The notes: generated by a model not told the origin, from the sequence alone. DNA of 18,162 nucleotides from a virus (IMGVR_UViG_2526164594_000016:1-18162); one strand, 5' to 3'; shown: positions 7,600 to 15,405, counted from the stretch's first letter. Made by a program: numbers and translations.

Positions 7600-7889
7600 A
7601 GCCTGCTTCTCCTTGCCTTTCGGCACGTAAGAGGCTAACCTACATGTGTTCAGCATGGATTGAGCCTCAGATTAATGTTAAGCGTCTTGCAGGACGCGTA
7701 ATGTTAACTGGGGCTTTTCTCTATCTGCCGTTGGTGTTCATGCCCGAGGCAGATAGCCTCAAGCACCCGCAGCAATTCTACTTAACTATCCTTTTCCCGC
7801 AAACCGTTTTTATCCCCAGCGGCAAATCGAATACACCACCAGCGCCACCGCCATCGCAATTCCTACCGTTGTGAATGCTTCAGGCCAGG

Positions 7890-8447
7890 TCATTGATTCA
7901 CCTCCTGCGGCGGTTCTGGTAGCGACATCCAGTGGGTTGCTTGCCTAAGATCATTACCCGGACTAACTGCTATACCTCCGCGCCGGAACGTGCCTCCGAG
8001 ATAGCGTGCGGAATATATTAATGGCCCAGCCTCGCTATCGATATTCATCGAAATAAGCACGTTCTGGCTCTTTTCAGGCATTCGCTCAGTACAGCTTATC
8101 CAGCCATCCAGAGTTATCGGAGATCTGGTTGACGTTTCCGAGATTTCCCGAAAATTGTTGGTTGACGAATTCTTATTTTCCCGAAAGTTTCCGGCCTGAA
8201 GCATGGCGACGCGGCAGGCGTTCCAGCCATCAGCATATGTTTTAGTTACACCGTCGAGATGGCAGGTAAGCAAATCCATTTCATCAGGCACTACCATTGC
8301 TATCGGCTCTGCTTCCAGTGATGCCAGCGCGATACGAAACACATTAGCCAGCAGGCTGTCTGAAGACTTGTTATCGTGCGCCGAGTCGCTCAGGAAGCCT
8401 GTGATGTATGATTTAATCTCCGCGCGTTCTCTGGTAATAGTGCTCAT
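7890..8447 (-). CDS. DUF551-domain prophage protein
   Basis: 185-aa ORF; C-terminal WISCTERMPE … THWMSLPEPP pattern typical of DUF551; AAGGA upstream of ATG. Confidence 0.6.
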   Translation of the reverse strand: MSTITRERAEIKSYITGFLSDSAHDNKSSDSLLANVFRIALASLEAEPIAMVVPDEMDLLTCHLDGVTKTYADGWNACRVAMLQAGNFRENKNSSTNNFREISETSTRSPITLDGWISCTERMPEKSQNVLISMNIDSEAGPLIYSARYLGGTFRRGGIAVSPGNDLRQATHWMSLPEPPQEVNQ

Positions 8448-8448
8448 A

Positions 8449-8667
8449 TCAGTTTTCCTTATACGGATTAATTTTATTGTGCAGTGCGCTGAATGATTCC
8501 CATGTCACATCGGTATATAGCTCAATAACTGGTTCAAATGTCCTTCCAATTATCCAGACCAGTAATAGCGGGGATATCGGTATCATCAACACTATAAACA
8601 GAATGAAAAACAGAAACTCTGTTGTTCTGCTCTTTCGTGGGTAATTTTTTTCTAAATAATGTTTCAT
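8449..8667 (-). CDS. Small predicted membrane protein (72 aa)
   Basis: Hydrophobic core FLFFILFIVLMIPISPLLLVWIIG; ATG preceded by a hairpin and an upstream AGGAGG. Confidence 0.4.
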   Translation of the reverse strand: MKHYLEKNYPRKSRTTEFLFFILFIVLMIPISPLLLVWIIGRTFEPVIELYTDVTWESFSALHNKINPYKEN

Positions 8668-8794
8668 TTCTTACCGCCCTTTCGGGCGGCCTCCTGATGT
8701 TCTGAGGGTGCAGGAATCCCTCCGGTTAAGGATTTAATAAAAATCGTTTCTGATTTAAATCTTCAGTATTTAGTTGTTAGTTGGTTTATCGCCT

Positions 8795-9106
8795 TTATGC
8801 TTCAGCCTTATTTCGCAACCAGACACAAACCGGGCCATCTTCCGTATCATGAATGGAACCAATAAACCAGCCATCGCCCTCTGGTCGTTCCGGTTCCCAT
8901 GCAGAAATATCAGCATCACACGCATCAAGGTCAGCACATCCTTCATCTCTGAAGCAGAGGACGTATTGAAGATTATTTTCCTCCATCCAGGCGTTAAACT
9001 CTTCCGTTGAAATATATTCCCGACCATCACAGAATTTTTCATATTCAGGATGTGTCCAGTAGCCATATCCGTCACGAACTACCGGCATTTCTTTAATTTC
9101 ACTCAC
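8795..9106 (-). CDS. Hypothetical acidic prophage protein (103 aa, GTG start)
   Basis: AGGAGG 7 nt upstream of GTG; start overlaps the stop of the upstream gene by 8 nt. Confidence 0.5.
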   Translation of the reverse strand: MSEIKEMPVVRDGYGYWTHPEYEKFCDGREYISTEEFNAWMEENNLQYVLCFRDEGCADLDACDADISAWEPERPEGDGWFIGSIHDTEDGPVCVWLRNKAEA

Positions 9107-9326
9107 TGTTAACCTCCTGCAACGCTACACGATACGCCTTCTTTATCCACGCCTTACTGCCATATAATTTCGTCTTCATAATAAACACACCTGCACGACT
9201 CGCCGATATCCCCGGACAGGTTAACAGCACAGCATCCACCACACGGTTATGCTTCCGAAACTCCATTACAGTACTGCTGATAACCACCTGCCCCACCGGG
9301 CCGTAATCCTGATACAGGATTTTCAC
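9099..9326 (-). CDS. Hypothetical prophage protein (75 aa, GTG start)
   Basis: AGGAGG upstream; GTGA overlap with the upstream gene stop. Confidence 0.45.
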   Translation of the reverse strand: MKILYQDYGPVGQVVISSTVMEFRKHNRVVDAVLLTCPGISASRAGVFIMKTKLYGSKAWIKKAYRVALQEVNSE

Positions 9327-9604
9327 GCAGACACCCTCCTGTCGAAATAAACGTAGTTATTCACTATGCGCAGCGGCATGCCTAATTTTCTGGCAATTTC
9401 CCTTCTTTGCATGCCTCTCTGATGCAGTTGCCGCGCCAGCTCAATATCACGCTGAGAATATTTTGCCGACGGGTGAAAATCACCACGTAACATCATGCTG
9501 ATGCCCAGCTCCCGTGCCTTCGTTCTCACTGCCGCTTCAGTTCGTCCGATAAGTGCGCCAACGCTTTTTACCTTCATCGTTCCCGCACACTGCCGGAGTA
9601 TCAT
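9323..9604 (-). CDS. Putative HTH DNA-binding protein (about 93 aa); start uncertain
   Basis: Two HTH-like segments (GALIGRTEAAVRTKAREL; RREIARKLGMPLRIV); ORF open to 9727 but that would overlap the upstream gene. Confidence 0.45.
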   Translation of the reverse strand: MILRQCAGTMKVKSVGALIGRTEAAVRTKARELGISMMLRGDFHPSAKYSQRDIELARQLHQRGMQRREIARKLGMPLRIVNNYVYFDRRVSA

Positions 9605-9636
9605 GATTTCCGCCCGGCACCACGTCTTCCACCCAC

Positions 9637-10353
9637 TCACCGCTGCTGTTCTCTGGTGGCGGTAATATCCCGGAGAATATCCCGGCACTTGTTCAGCTCC
9701 CGCAGCGCGGCGCAGACTCGCTCCCACTTCTGAACCTGACCTTTTGCCCGGCGCAGCTCGCGGTTAGCCACATGCAGCGATGGTAAAATCAGACCATCCG
9801 GATGCTTTCTGGTGAACGACGGCTGTGACTGCACTGTGACCGCCACACTTTCCGTTTTTATTTCTTCCTGTGTTTCCGCTTCCCCGACTGGTAACGCAAC
9901 ACCTGCTGGCTGAGGAAAGGCTTTACCATCCGTTTCCGTTATGGATGCGGCTTTCGGCTCTGCCGGTAAATCAGCGCCCGGTATGCAGTACCGAAATTTA
10001 CCGCCCTGATTCACGCGAATCAGACGCCCTTTGCTGATTGCCATGGCCAGTGATGAATTCGCCCGGCGGGAGGTAATCCCGAACATCAGTGCCAGCTCAT
10101 CCGCCGTTTGTGGGCCATGATGTTCAATCGCCTCAGTCAGCATTTGCGCTGTCACTTTCGGTACCGGTGACACTGGTTCACTTTCACCAGTCTGAGTCAG
10201 CCACCACATCGACCCCTTGTTATCCGCTTCACCACGGCGCTTCAGTTTCCACAGTTCGTTGACAGCATCTTCGCGGCTGATTCCAAGGCGCGATGCCACT
10301 ACCTGTGAAGAGGCTTTTTTCAGTGCTTTCAGTGCGTCAAATACGGTTTCCAT
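9637..10353 (-). CDS. Prophage protein with winged-helix-like N-terminal regions (possibly DUF1627-like)
   Basis: 238 aa from the ATG at 10353 with GGAGG 8 nt upstream; the ORF opens at TTG 10371. Confidence 0.5.
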   Translation of the reverse strand: METVFDALKALKKASSQVVASRLGISREDAVNELWKLKRRGEADNKGSMWWLTQTGESEPVSPVPKVTAQMLTEAIEHHGPQTADELALMFGITSRRANSSLAMAISKGRLIRVNQGGKFRYCIPGADLPAEPKAASITETDGKAFPQPAGVALPVGEAETQEEIKTESVAVTVQSQPSFTRKHPDGLILPSLHVANRELRRAKGQVQKWERVCAALRELNKCRDILRDITATREQQR

Positions 10354-10386
10354 TAATATTTCCTCCGACAAAATCGTTTCTCAGAT

Positions 10387-11049
10387 TCAAATAAAACCAG
10401 CTGCCTTCCGGCGTTCGTATTCCTGTTTCAGCCGTTCAATTGGCGTTGGCCCTTGCGGGTGTTTCGCCCCTTCCAGTTGTCGTCGCACTGGCGGAACACT
10501 CATCCCGTTACCAACATGCTTTGCCCATTTCGTCAGTTGCCGTTCCGCAAGTCGTTTTAACTCACCTTGCGTCATCTGGCGCTCAATCCCTCTGGTACGC
10601 ATTTCGAGGCAGATGTGGTACAGCACAGGCTGTGGCCACGGGTATTTATCACTCCCGTCGTATCGCCAGGATTCATTGCGCCAGCGCCGGTACTCTTCCA
10701 TCACGGCATCCACCGTAAGACCAAATGGATTTGCCCCACTCTCCGAAATCAGCGCAACAAACTCAGCCAGGTCCGGGGGCCACGTTTCACCCGCCCGGCA
10801 GCGGTCCATGCACTGACGGCACACCAGACGGATTTGCTGTTCAGTCATCGCACCAATCTGGGCAATCCAGAGCTTCGAAGGTGCGGCCCCGTTCTTCTGA
10901 GTCCAGCGGTTCGAATACACCTCCCCCATGAGCTCCCACAGCTTCCAGGCCGTTTCCGTTGCTGATAAATCCGTTGTCACGTTCCCACTGTTCGCGTGCA
11001 GCCCGGATTTCCTGAACTGCCCGTGATGCCGTGCCACCTGATGCTGCAT
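10387..11049 (-). CDS. Lambda P-like replication protein (helicase loader); start uncertain (ATG 11049, 10929 or 10848)
   Basis: C-terminal two-thirds resemble lambda P from memory (…WPPDLAEFVAL…YPWPQPVLYHICLEM…); no Walker A motif. Confidence 0.7.
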   Translation of the reverse strand: MQHQVARHHGQFRKSGLHANSGNVTTDLSATETAWKLWELMGEVYSNRWTQKNGAAPSKLWIAQIGAMTEQQIRLVCRQCMDRCRAGETWPPDLAEFVALISESGANPFGLTVDAVMEEYRRWRNESWRYDGSDKYPWPQPVLYHICLEMRTRGIERQMTQGELKRLAERQLTKWAKHVGNGMSVPPVRRQLEGAKHPQGPTPIERLKQEYERRKAAGFI

Positions 11050-11896
11050 GGCTTCCCCCCTTGCTGACTGGTTTTACCTGTGCCCTGACGTGCTGCACGT
11101 GGCGGGCAAATTTCTGCTCCCACTGAACCTGCGTGAAAACCTTCCCCTCCGCCATCCAGTAATCCCGGAATGCGGCAAGCTCAGCAGGTGTAAATTCCGG
11201 CTCAGGCAGAGCCATACCCCACACTGCTGCCCGTTGTCGAAAATCCGGCGACGGCTGCCAGACAGTAGTCATCGAAAATTTCCCGATCGGTTCGCTCAGG
11301 CCGTCCAGGTATTCAGGTTCGGCTGTCTGCAACGGCGCACCATTCGACTCACTGGTCGGAATACTCTCGCGCGCGTTATGTGTGGGGTTTAATTCTGTAT
11401 CTGTATCTTTATCTGTATCTTTATCTGTATCTTTATCTGTCGTGACTTGTCGTGACAGATGCGTGACACGTCGTGACTCATCGTGACAATCAGCATTATG
11501 TTTCCGCAGCTTTTCCCGCTCCCGCTGCGCTCTCTTGCGCTCTGCCGGGGATTTTGCCGTTTGCGAAACGTTACCATTGTCCTCTTTCAGCACCTGACGT
11601 TTTTCCCATCCGGAAATAAGGTCACCATCCAGAACCCGCCCCTGCATTGCATGCAAAATTGAATCAATTACGTCTTCCGTCACATCAAGCGCACTTGCTA
11701 AATCTTCCGTCGTGACATCAATGTGACCACGTAGTGACACGCCGTGACATGTCGTGACATTTCGTGACGCGCTCACCAGAAGATGGATATACACTGCCAT
11801 CACTGTTGCGATTGGCTGTCCTGATACCCTGGCAATCGTTCGCCACTTGGGGTCATTTGGCATGTCATGCCACAATCTGAGCCAGGCATTAGCCAT
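10841..11896 (-). CDS. Lambda O-like replication initiator (replisome organiser); origin iterons lie inside the gene
   Basis: 351 aa from ATG 11896 (GAGGTGA upstream); N-terminal DNA-binding-like domain, DKDT-repeat linker, C-terminal domain; iteron arrays within the coding sequence. Confidence 0.75.
   Translation of the reverse strand: MANAWLRLWHDMPNDPKWRTIARVSGQPIATVMAVYIHLLVSASRNVTTCHGVSLRGHIDVTTEDLASALDVTEDVIDSILHAMQGRVLDGDLISGWEKRQVLKEDNGNVSQTAKSPAERKRAQREREKLRKHNADCHDESRRVTHLSRQVTTDKDTDKDTDKDTDTELNPTHNARESIPTSESNGAPLQTAEPEYLDGLSEPIGKFSMTTVWQPSPDFRQRAAVWGMALPEPEFTPAELAAFRDYWMAEGKVFTQVQWEQKFARHVQHVRAQVKPVSKGGSHAASGGTASRAVQEIRAAREQWERDNGFISNGNGLEAVGAHGGGVFEPLDSEERGRTFEALDCPDWCDD
11394..11441. 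repeat. Tandem hexamer/dodecamer repeat (tctgta/tcttta x8), AT-rich, encoding the DKDTDKDTDKDTD linker of the O-like protein
   Basis: Read directly from sequence. Confidence 0.9.
11441..11490. repeat. Iteron array A: five phased CGTGAC repeats (spacing 10-11 bp), the likely origin iterons
   Basis: cgtgac at 11441, 11451, 11462, 11472, 11482, next to the AT-rich tandem repeat. Confidence 0.7.
11709..11770. repeat. Iteron array B: six phased GTGAC repeats (spacing 9-11 bp) inside the 5' part of the O-like gene
   Basis: gtgac at 11712, 11723, 11734, 11745, 11754, 11764. Confidence 0.6.
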
Positions 11897-11964
11897 ACTC
11901 ACCTCTTCTGATACCGAACTTTACCCTCGAACATCCGGAAGAAATCCGGCATGAATATTGTTGG

Positions 11965-12390
11965 TCAATGCACGACAACAGCATTACCAGGCTGACCCCC
12001 ACTGTTAGTCAGGGTGCCCCAGGCGATCGCCGCTGCGACAAAATCATCCACATCTTTCACCAGCCGATCCCTCCGTTCGACGATCTCACGGTAATATTCA
12101 GAGCTGTGACTGCGCATACGGGCCACCAGCAGAGGCGGCATTGCCTTTTCGATCGCCGGTAACAGAGCCTGCATTTTTTCAACTGCATCAGGGGTGTCTT
12201 TCTCTATCCAGCGGAAAATTTTCTGGGTATTGCGAGCCAGGGCTTCCGGATGGCTGTCGTCGTACAGTTCAGGAAACGTCATACCCAACTCAAAATAAGC
12301 CTGGGTTATTCCAGCTGCCGGAACTTTTTCGCCATCAGGACGCGCCCAGGCATTCATCGCCATGCGGATGTGTTCATGCTTGATTTTCAT
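11965..12390 (-). CDS. YdaT-family protein (cII-position gene of Rac-like prophages)
   Basis: 141 aa from ATG 12390 (GGGGGG upstream); starts MKIKHEHI and ends VVVH like Rac YdaT from memory. Confidence 0.65.
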   Translation of the reverse strand: MKIKHEHIRMAMNAWARPDGEKVPAAGITQAYFELGMTFPELYDDSHPEALARNTQKIFRWIEKDTPDAVEKMQALLPAIEKAMPPLLVARMRSHSSEYYREIVERRDRLVKDVDDFVAAAIAWGTLTNSGGQPGNAVVVH

Positions 12391-12458
12391 GAATCCCCCC
12401 TTGGTTAGAAGGCGGATTATGATCAGAATCGGGAATGACAACCGTCGGTATGTGTAAC

Positions 12459-12617
12459 TCATATTTGAGCGCCCCGGCAGTGACTGGCCTGAATTAGCAA
12501 CGCCCATTTCCACGGAACGTCTTCCCCCCACATGCTGACTGTGGTTTTTGACGTTCCTAGAGCGGCGGCTGTTTTAACAACTCCGCCAAAATAGCCTAAT
12601 ACTTCTGATTTTTTCAT
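12459..12617 (-). CDS. Cro/YdaS-like small HTH repressor (52 aa)
   Basis: ATG 12617 with GGAG upstream; YFGG-x-x-K-x-A-x-x-LG HTH motif; divergent from the cI-like gene. Confidence 0.6.
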   Translation of the reverse strand: MKKSEVLGYFGGVVKTAAALGTSKTTVSMWGEDVPWKWALLIQASHCRGAQI

Positions 12618-12708
12618 GAGTCGCTCCATAAAACTGAACGCCAAAAGTTTAATAATCAAAACCAAAGAAAGTCAAGAAACAAAACCATCTGTGTTTTAAA
12701 ATCAAAAC
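12618..12708. promoter_or_regulatory. Divergent promoter/operator region between cro-like and cI-like genes
   Basis: 91-bp AT-rich intergenic region with repeated CAAAAC/GTTTT half-site-like motifs and short inverted repeats (for example aaaaccatctgtgtttt). Confidence 0.4.
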
Positions 12709-13347
12709 ATGAACAAGCAAACAATATCTGAACGCATAACCCAACGTATGCATGCGCTAAACTTGAAAGGCAAAGACCTTGTCAATGCCACTGGCGCATC
12801 AAAAGGCTCCGTAAGTCAATGGATGAACGGTGGAGGAGCGCCGTCCTCGCGTTACATAAGTTCACTGGCAAAGATATTGAAAGTAAACGAAAATTGGCTT
12901 CTTAATGGAGGAGAGTTAAATACAGGTGATTCGCTTGATCTATCTTTACCGCCGATAAAAACGGTTCCGCTACTATCACTTCAGCAGGCAGCAAGCTGGA
13001 GTGATTATATGAAAAATTCCTCAATAACCTCTTGTGTGCAGCTTGTCGGAGAAATCCCGGCCAATACCTTTGCTGTTGTTCTAGAGAGTGACAGTATGTC
13101 GACATCTGGTGGTGGAGTTTCCATCCCAAATGGTTCAACAGTTTTTGTTGATCCCGATCGAATCGTACAACCAGGAAATATTGTCCTTGCCTTACCCAAA
13201 GGGACCACAACGCCTGTCATTCGCAAACTGGAGATAGAAGGGCCGGATATTCTTTTAGTCCCCACGAATCCTCGCTACCCTTCAATTATGCTGGATGATC
13301 TATCTTGCATATTGGGAGTATGCTTTAAAATTCAACAAGATATTTAA
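12709..13347 (+). CDS. cI-like prophage repressor (N-terminal HTH-XRE, C-terminal S24 LexA-like autopeptidase)
   Basis: 212 aa; HTH near N-terminus; S24 motifs (ESDSM serine region, IRKL lysine region); ATG without Shine-Dalgarno. Confidence 0.85.
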   Translation: MNKQTISERITQRMHALNLKGKDLVNATGASKGSVSQWMNGGGAPSSRYISSLAKILKVNENWLLNGGELNTGDSLDLSLPPIKTVPLLSLQQAASWSDYMKNSSITSCVQLVGEIPANTFAVVLESDSMSTSGGGVSIPNGSTVFVDPDRIVQPGNIVLALPKGTTTPVIRKLEIEGPDILLVPTNPRYPSIMLDDLSCILGVCFKIQQDI

Positions 13348-13639
13348 CCAACCTCATCTATTTGATTAACTGTATGCCATCGTAGTGATGGCGTAACAGC
13401 TGCCTGCTTAAAATGTTTTGATAAAAAAACATTGACCTTAAATGTTCGCTTTTCTAAACTTCATTCATTCCCTCACCCCGCCCCACAGAATGCAGGGCAA
13501 TACTTCGAGTTACCAGGCAGTGGTCAGGGGTTAAGTAGCCAGCCCGAGGCGTAAGAACATGACGGCAGGGTTCAACTTTAATAACTATGCAGCAGGTTTT
13601 TGTTCCGCTACCCCGGCGTTAAGGGGAAATGAGGTCAAC

Positions 13640-13792
13640 ATGGATACGCTCAATCTTGGCAACAACGAATCTCTGGTATGTGGCGTGTTCCCCAACCAGG
13701 ACGGTACGTTCACCGCGATGACGTATACCAAAAGCAAAACGTTTAAAACTGAAGCTGGCGCGCGTCGCTGGTTAGCCAGAAACACTGACTGA
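13640..13792 (+). CDS. YdfA/YdaF-like small prophage protein (DUF1391-like, about 50 aa)
   Basis: ATG 13640 with GAGG 5 nt upstream; ORF opens at 13559; position directly downstream of the repressor as ydfA in Qin. Confidence 0.5.
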   Translation: MDTLNLGNNESLVCGVFPNQDGTFTAMTYTKSKTFKTEAGARRWLARNTD

Positions 13793-13803
13793 TGAGGTTG
13801 ACG

Positions 13804-14442
13804 ATGGAATTTAAAGATTTACCTCCTTCAATCCAGGAGATTGCAGCACACACACTTCGTCATCGTCTGAACGAACTTGAATTGGAATCGGTAACGAAAA
13901 AAGACACTGATAATATGGCTCGTAATGTGCGCGATGCGTTTACCGGATTGTATTTCTGTGCGTCTATAAATAAACACGACTCAGAGAGTGTGGCAAATAA
14001 AATTGCAGAAACGACAGCGCAAAACATCAATACGAAACCAACGGAAGAAGAAATTGATCAGTTTGCTCATGATGCTGGTTTAAAAAACAAGAAAGAAAAA
14101 TCGCCATATGCGGGGAACATGTTTGTTTATGACAATCTCATCAGAATTCGTGGCGAAATTCCGGCGGAATACCTGGCAAGAGTCCATCAGGCATTGCTTA
14201 AAAATTTGGAAACAGAATTATTTGATGGCAACACTAACGGTTTCTTCATGGTATCAGGCCTTGAGAAAGACTGGGATGCAGAAAAACGCTGGAATGTTGC
14301 TACATGGTTATTCAGTAACAGAGCCGCTGCACTGGAAGCTTCGGCATGTATTTGCGGCCTGTTCTTAACAGACCACAAATATAATCTGGATGTGTACAGT
14401 TATATTTACGCTGAACACGGTCCACTCTGGATTGACTGGTAA
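13804..14442 (+). CDS. Uncharacterised protein (212 aa from ATG 13804; 216 aa from ATG 13792), no recognisable motif
   Basis: GAGG 5 nt upstream of ATG 13804; upstream ATG 13792 overlaps the preceding stop (TGATG). Confidence 0.6.
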   Translation: MEFKDLPPSIQEIAAHTLRHRLNELELESVTKKDTDNMARNVRDAFTGLYFCASINKHDSESVANKIAETTAQNINTKPTEEEIDQFAHDAGLKNKKEKSPYAGNMFVYDNLIRIRGEIPAEYLARVHQALLKNLETELFDGNTNGFFMVSGLEKDWDAEKRWNVATWLFSNRAAALEASACICGLFLTDHKYNLDVYSYIYAEHGPLWIDW

Positions 14443-14652
14443 TTATAAGGAAACACCAGCAGGGCCGCGGCGACCAACAGAACGATTAAAATCAATAATG
14501 CCATTATAAAGGACATTATTTAATTTATCGTCGAATGCTGATTCTGTGAGCCTCAACTCTGAATGAGTTTTTAATAACCCTGATTGCCTGAGTTGATTTA
14601 CCAGGCATTCAATCTGTTTTTCAATAAGCGGATTTCTTTTTTTGTTTGGCAT
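14443..14652 (-). CDS. Small convergent ORF (69 aa) of unknown function
   Basis: ATG 14652 preceded by GGAGG at 5 nt; stop codon directly abuts the stop of the 216-aa gene (TAATTA). Confidence 0.3.
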   Translation of the reverse strand: MPNKKRNPLIEKQIECLVNQLRQSGLLKTHSELRLTESAFDDKLNNVLYNGIIDFNRSVGRRGPAGVSL

Positions 14653-14989
14653 TTTATCCTCCATTGAGGTTCTGGGTTAAAAATGGAGACCAACACGCTG
14701 TCACGTGTGGTCGTGCGCCGGACACGGATAAGAATCCGGTACTGACAGTTTACTGAAAGGATATTTCCCTGAAAAGTCAGTGCATAACGCGAAAGCGTAC
14801 GGCGAAGCTCTTTCCCTTAGAAGGCTTGTCGTTAGATTTCTTCGAACGTGCGCTTCCGGTTGTGGCACTCCGCGAAATGGCGCGGCGGTAAGTATGGCGG
14901 GGTTATTCCTTCCCCATTGAGGACACCGGGTTGTCAGGTTGACCATACGCTTAAGTGACAACCCCGCTGCAACGCCCTCTGTTATCAAT

Positions 14990-15048
14990 TTTCTGGTGAC
15001 GTTTGGCGGTATCAGTTTTACTCCGTGGCTGCTCTGCCGCCCTTTTTA
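14990..15048 (+). ncRNA. dicF: DicF small RNA (ftsZ-targeting sRNA of the dicB operon)
   Basis: ttctggtgacgtttggcggtatcagttttactccgtggctgctctgccgccc followed by ttttt matches DicF from memory with about one mismatch; lies just upstream of dicB as in Qin. Confidence 0.65.
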
Positions 15049-15216
15049 AAGTGAATTTTGTGATGCGGTGAATGCGGCTAAGCGCACGCGGAACAGTTAA
15101 AACCAAAAACAGTGTTATGGGTGGATTCTCTGTATCCGGCGTTAATTGTTAACTGGTTAACGTCACCTGGAGGCACCAGGCACTGCATCACAAAATTCAT
15201 TGTTGAGGACGCGATA

Positions 15217-15405
15217 ATGGAAACGTTATTACCAAACGTTAATACGTCTGAAGGTTGTTTTGATATTGGTGTTCTGCTCAGTAACCGGGAGTTTACTGAA
15301 GATGCCATTAACATGAGGAAATATGAGCCTTATCTGCTCAATGATAATTCCATACTTTCCCGAATTGCTCTTCTTGAACTTGGTATTTTCGGAGAACGTC
15401 AATGA
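15217..15405 (+). CDS. dicB: DicB cell-division inhibitor
   Basis: 62 aa, METLLPNVNTSEGCF… matches K-12 DicB N-terminus from memory; GAGG 8 nt upstream. Confidence 0.8.
   Translation: METLLPNVNTSEGCFDIGVLLSNREFTEDAINMRKYEPYLLNDNSILSRIALLELGIFGERQ

Noticed and set aside
10217-10965. Plus-strand ORFs 10217..10816, 10440..10718, 10567..10965, 10725..10931
   Set aside because: Antisense to the P-like and O-like genes; Pro/Ser/Arg-rich translations
11394-11490. Tandem repeats considered as a possible CRISPR array or minisatellite
   Set aside because: Units are 6-12 bp with no spacers and lie in-frame inside the O-like gene; better explained as linker-coding repeat plus origin iterons
12902-13265. 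Minus-strand ORFs 12902..13210 and 13005..13265
   Set aside because: Antisense to the well-supported cI-like repressor gene
14701-14988. 95-aa minus-strand ORF
   Set aside because: No ribosome-binding site; lies in the structured precursor region upstream of DicF on the opposite strand
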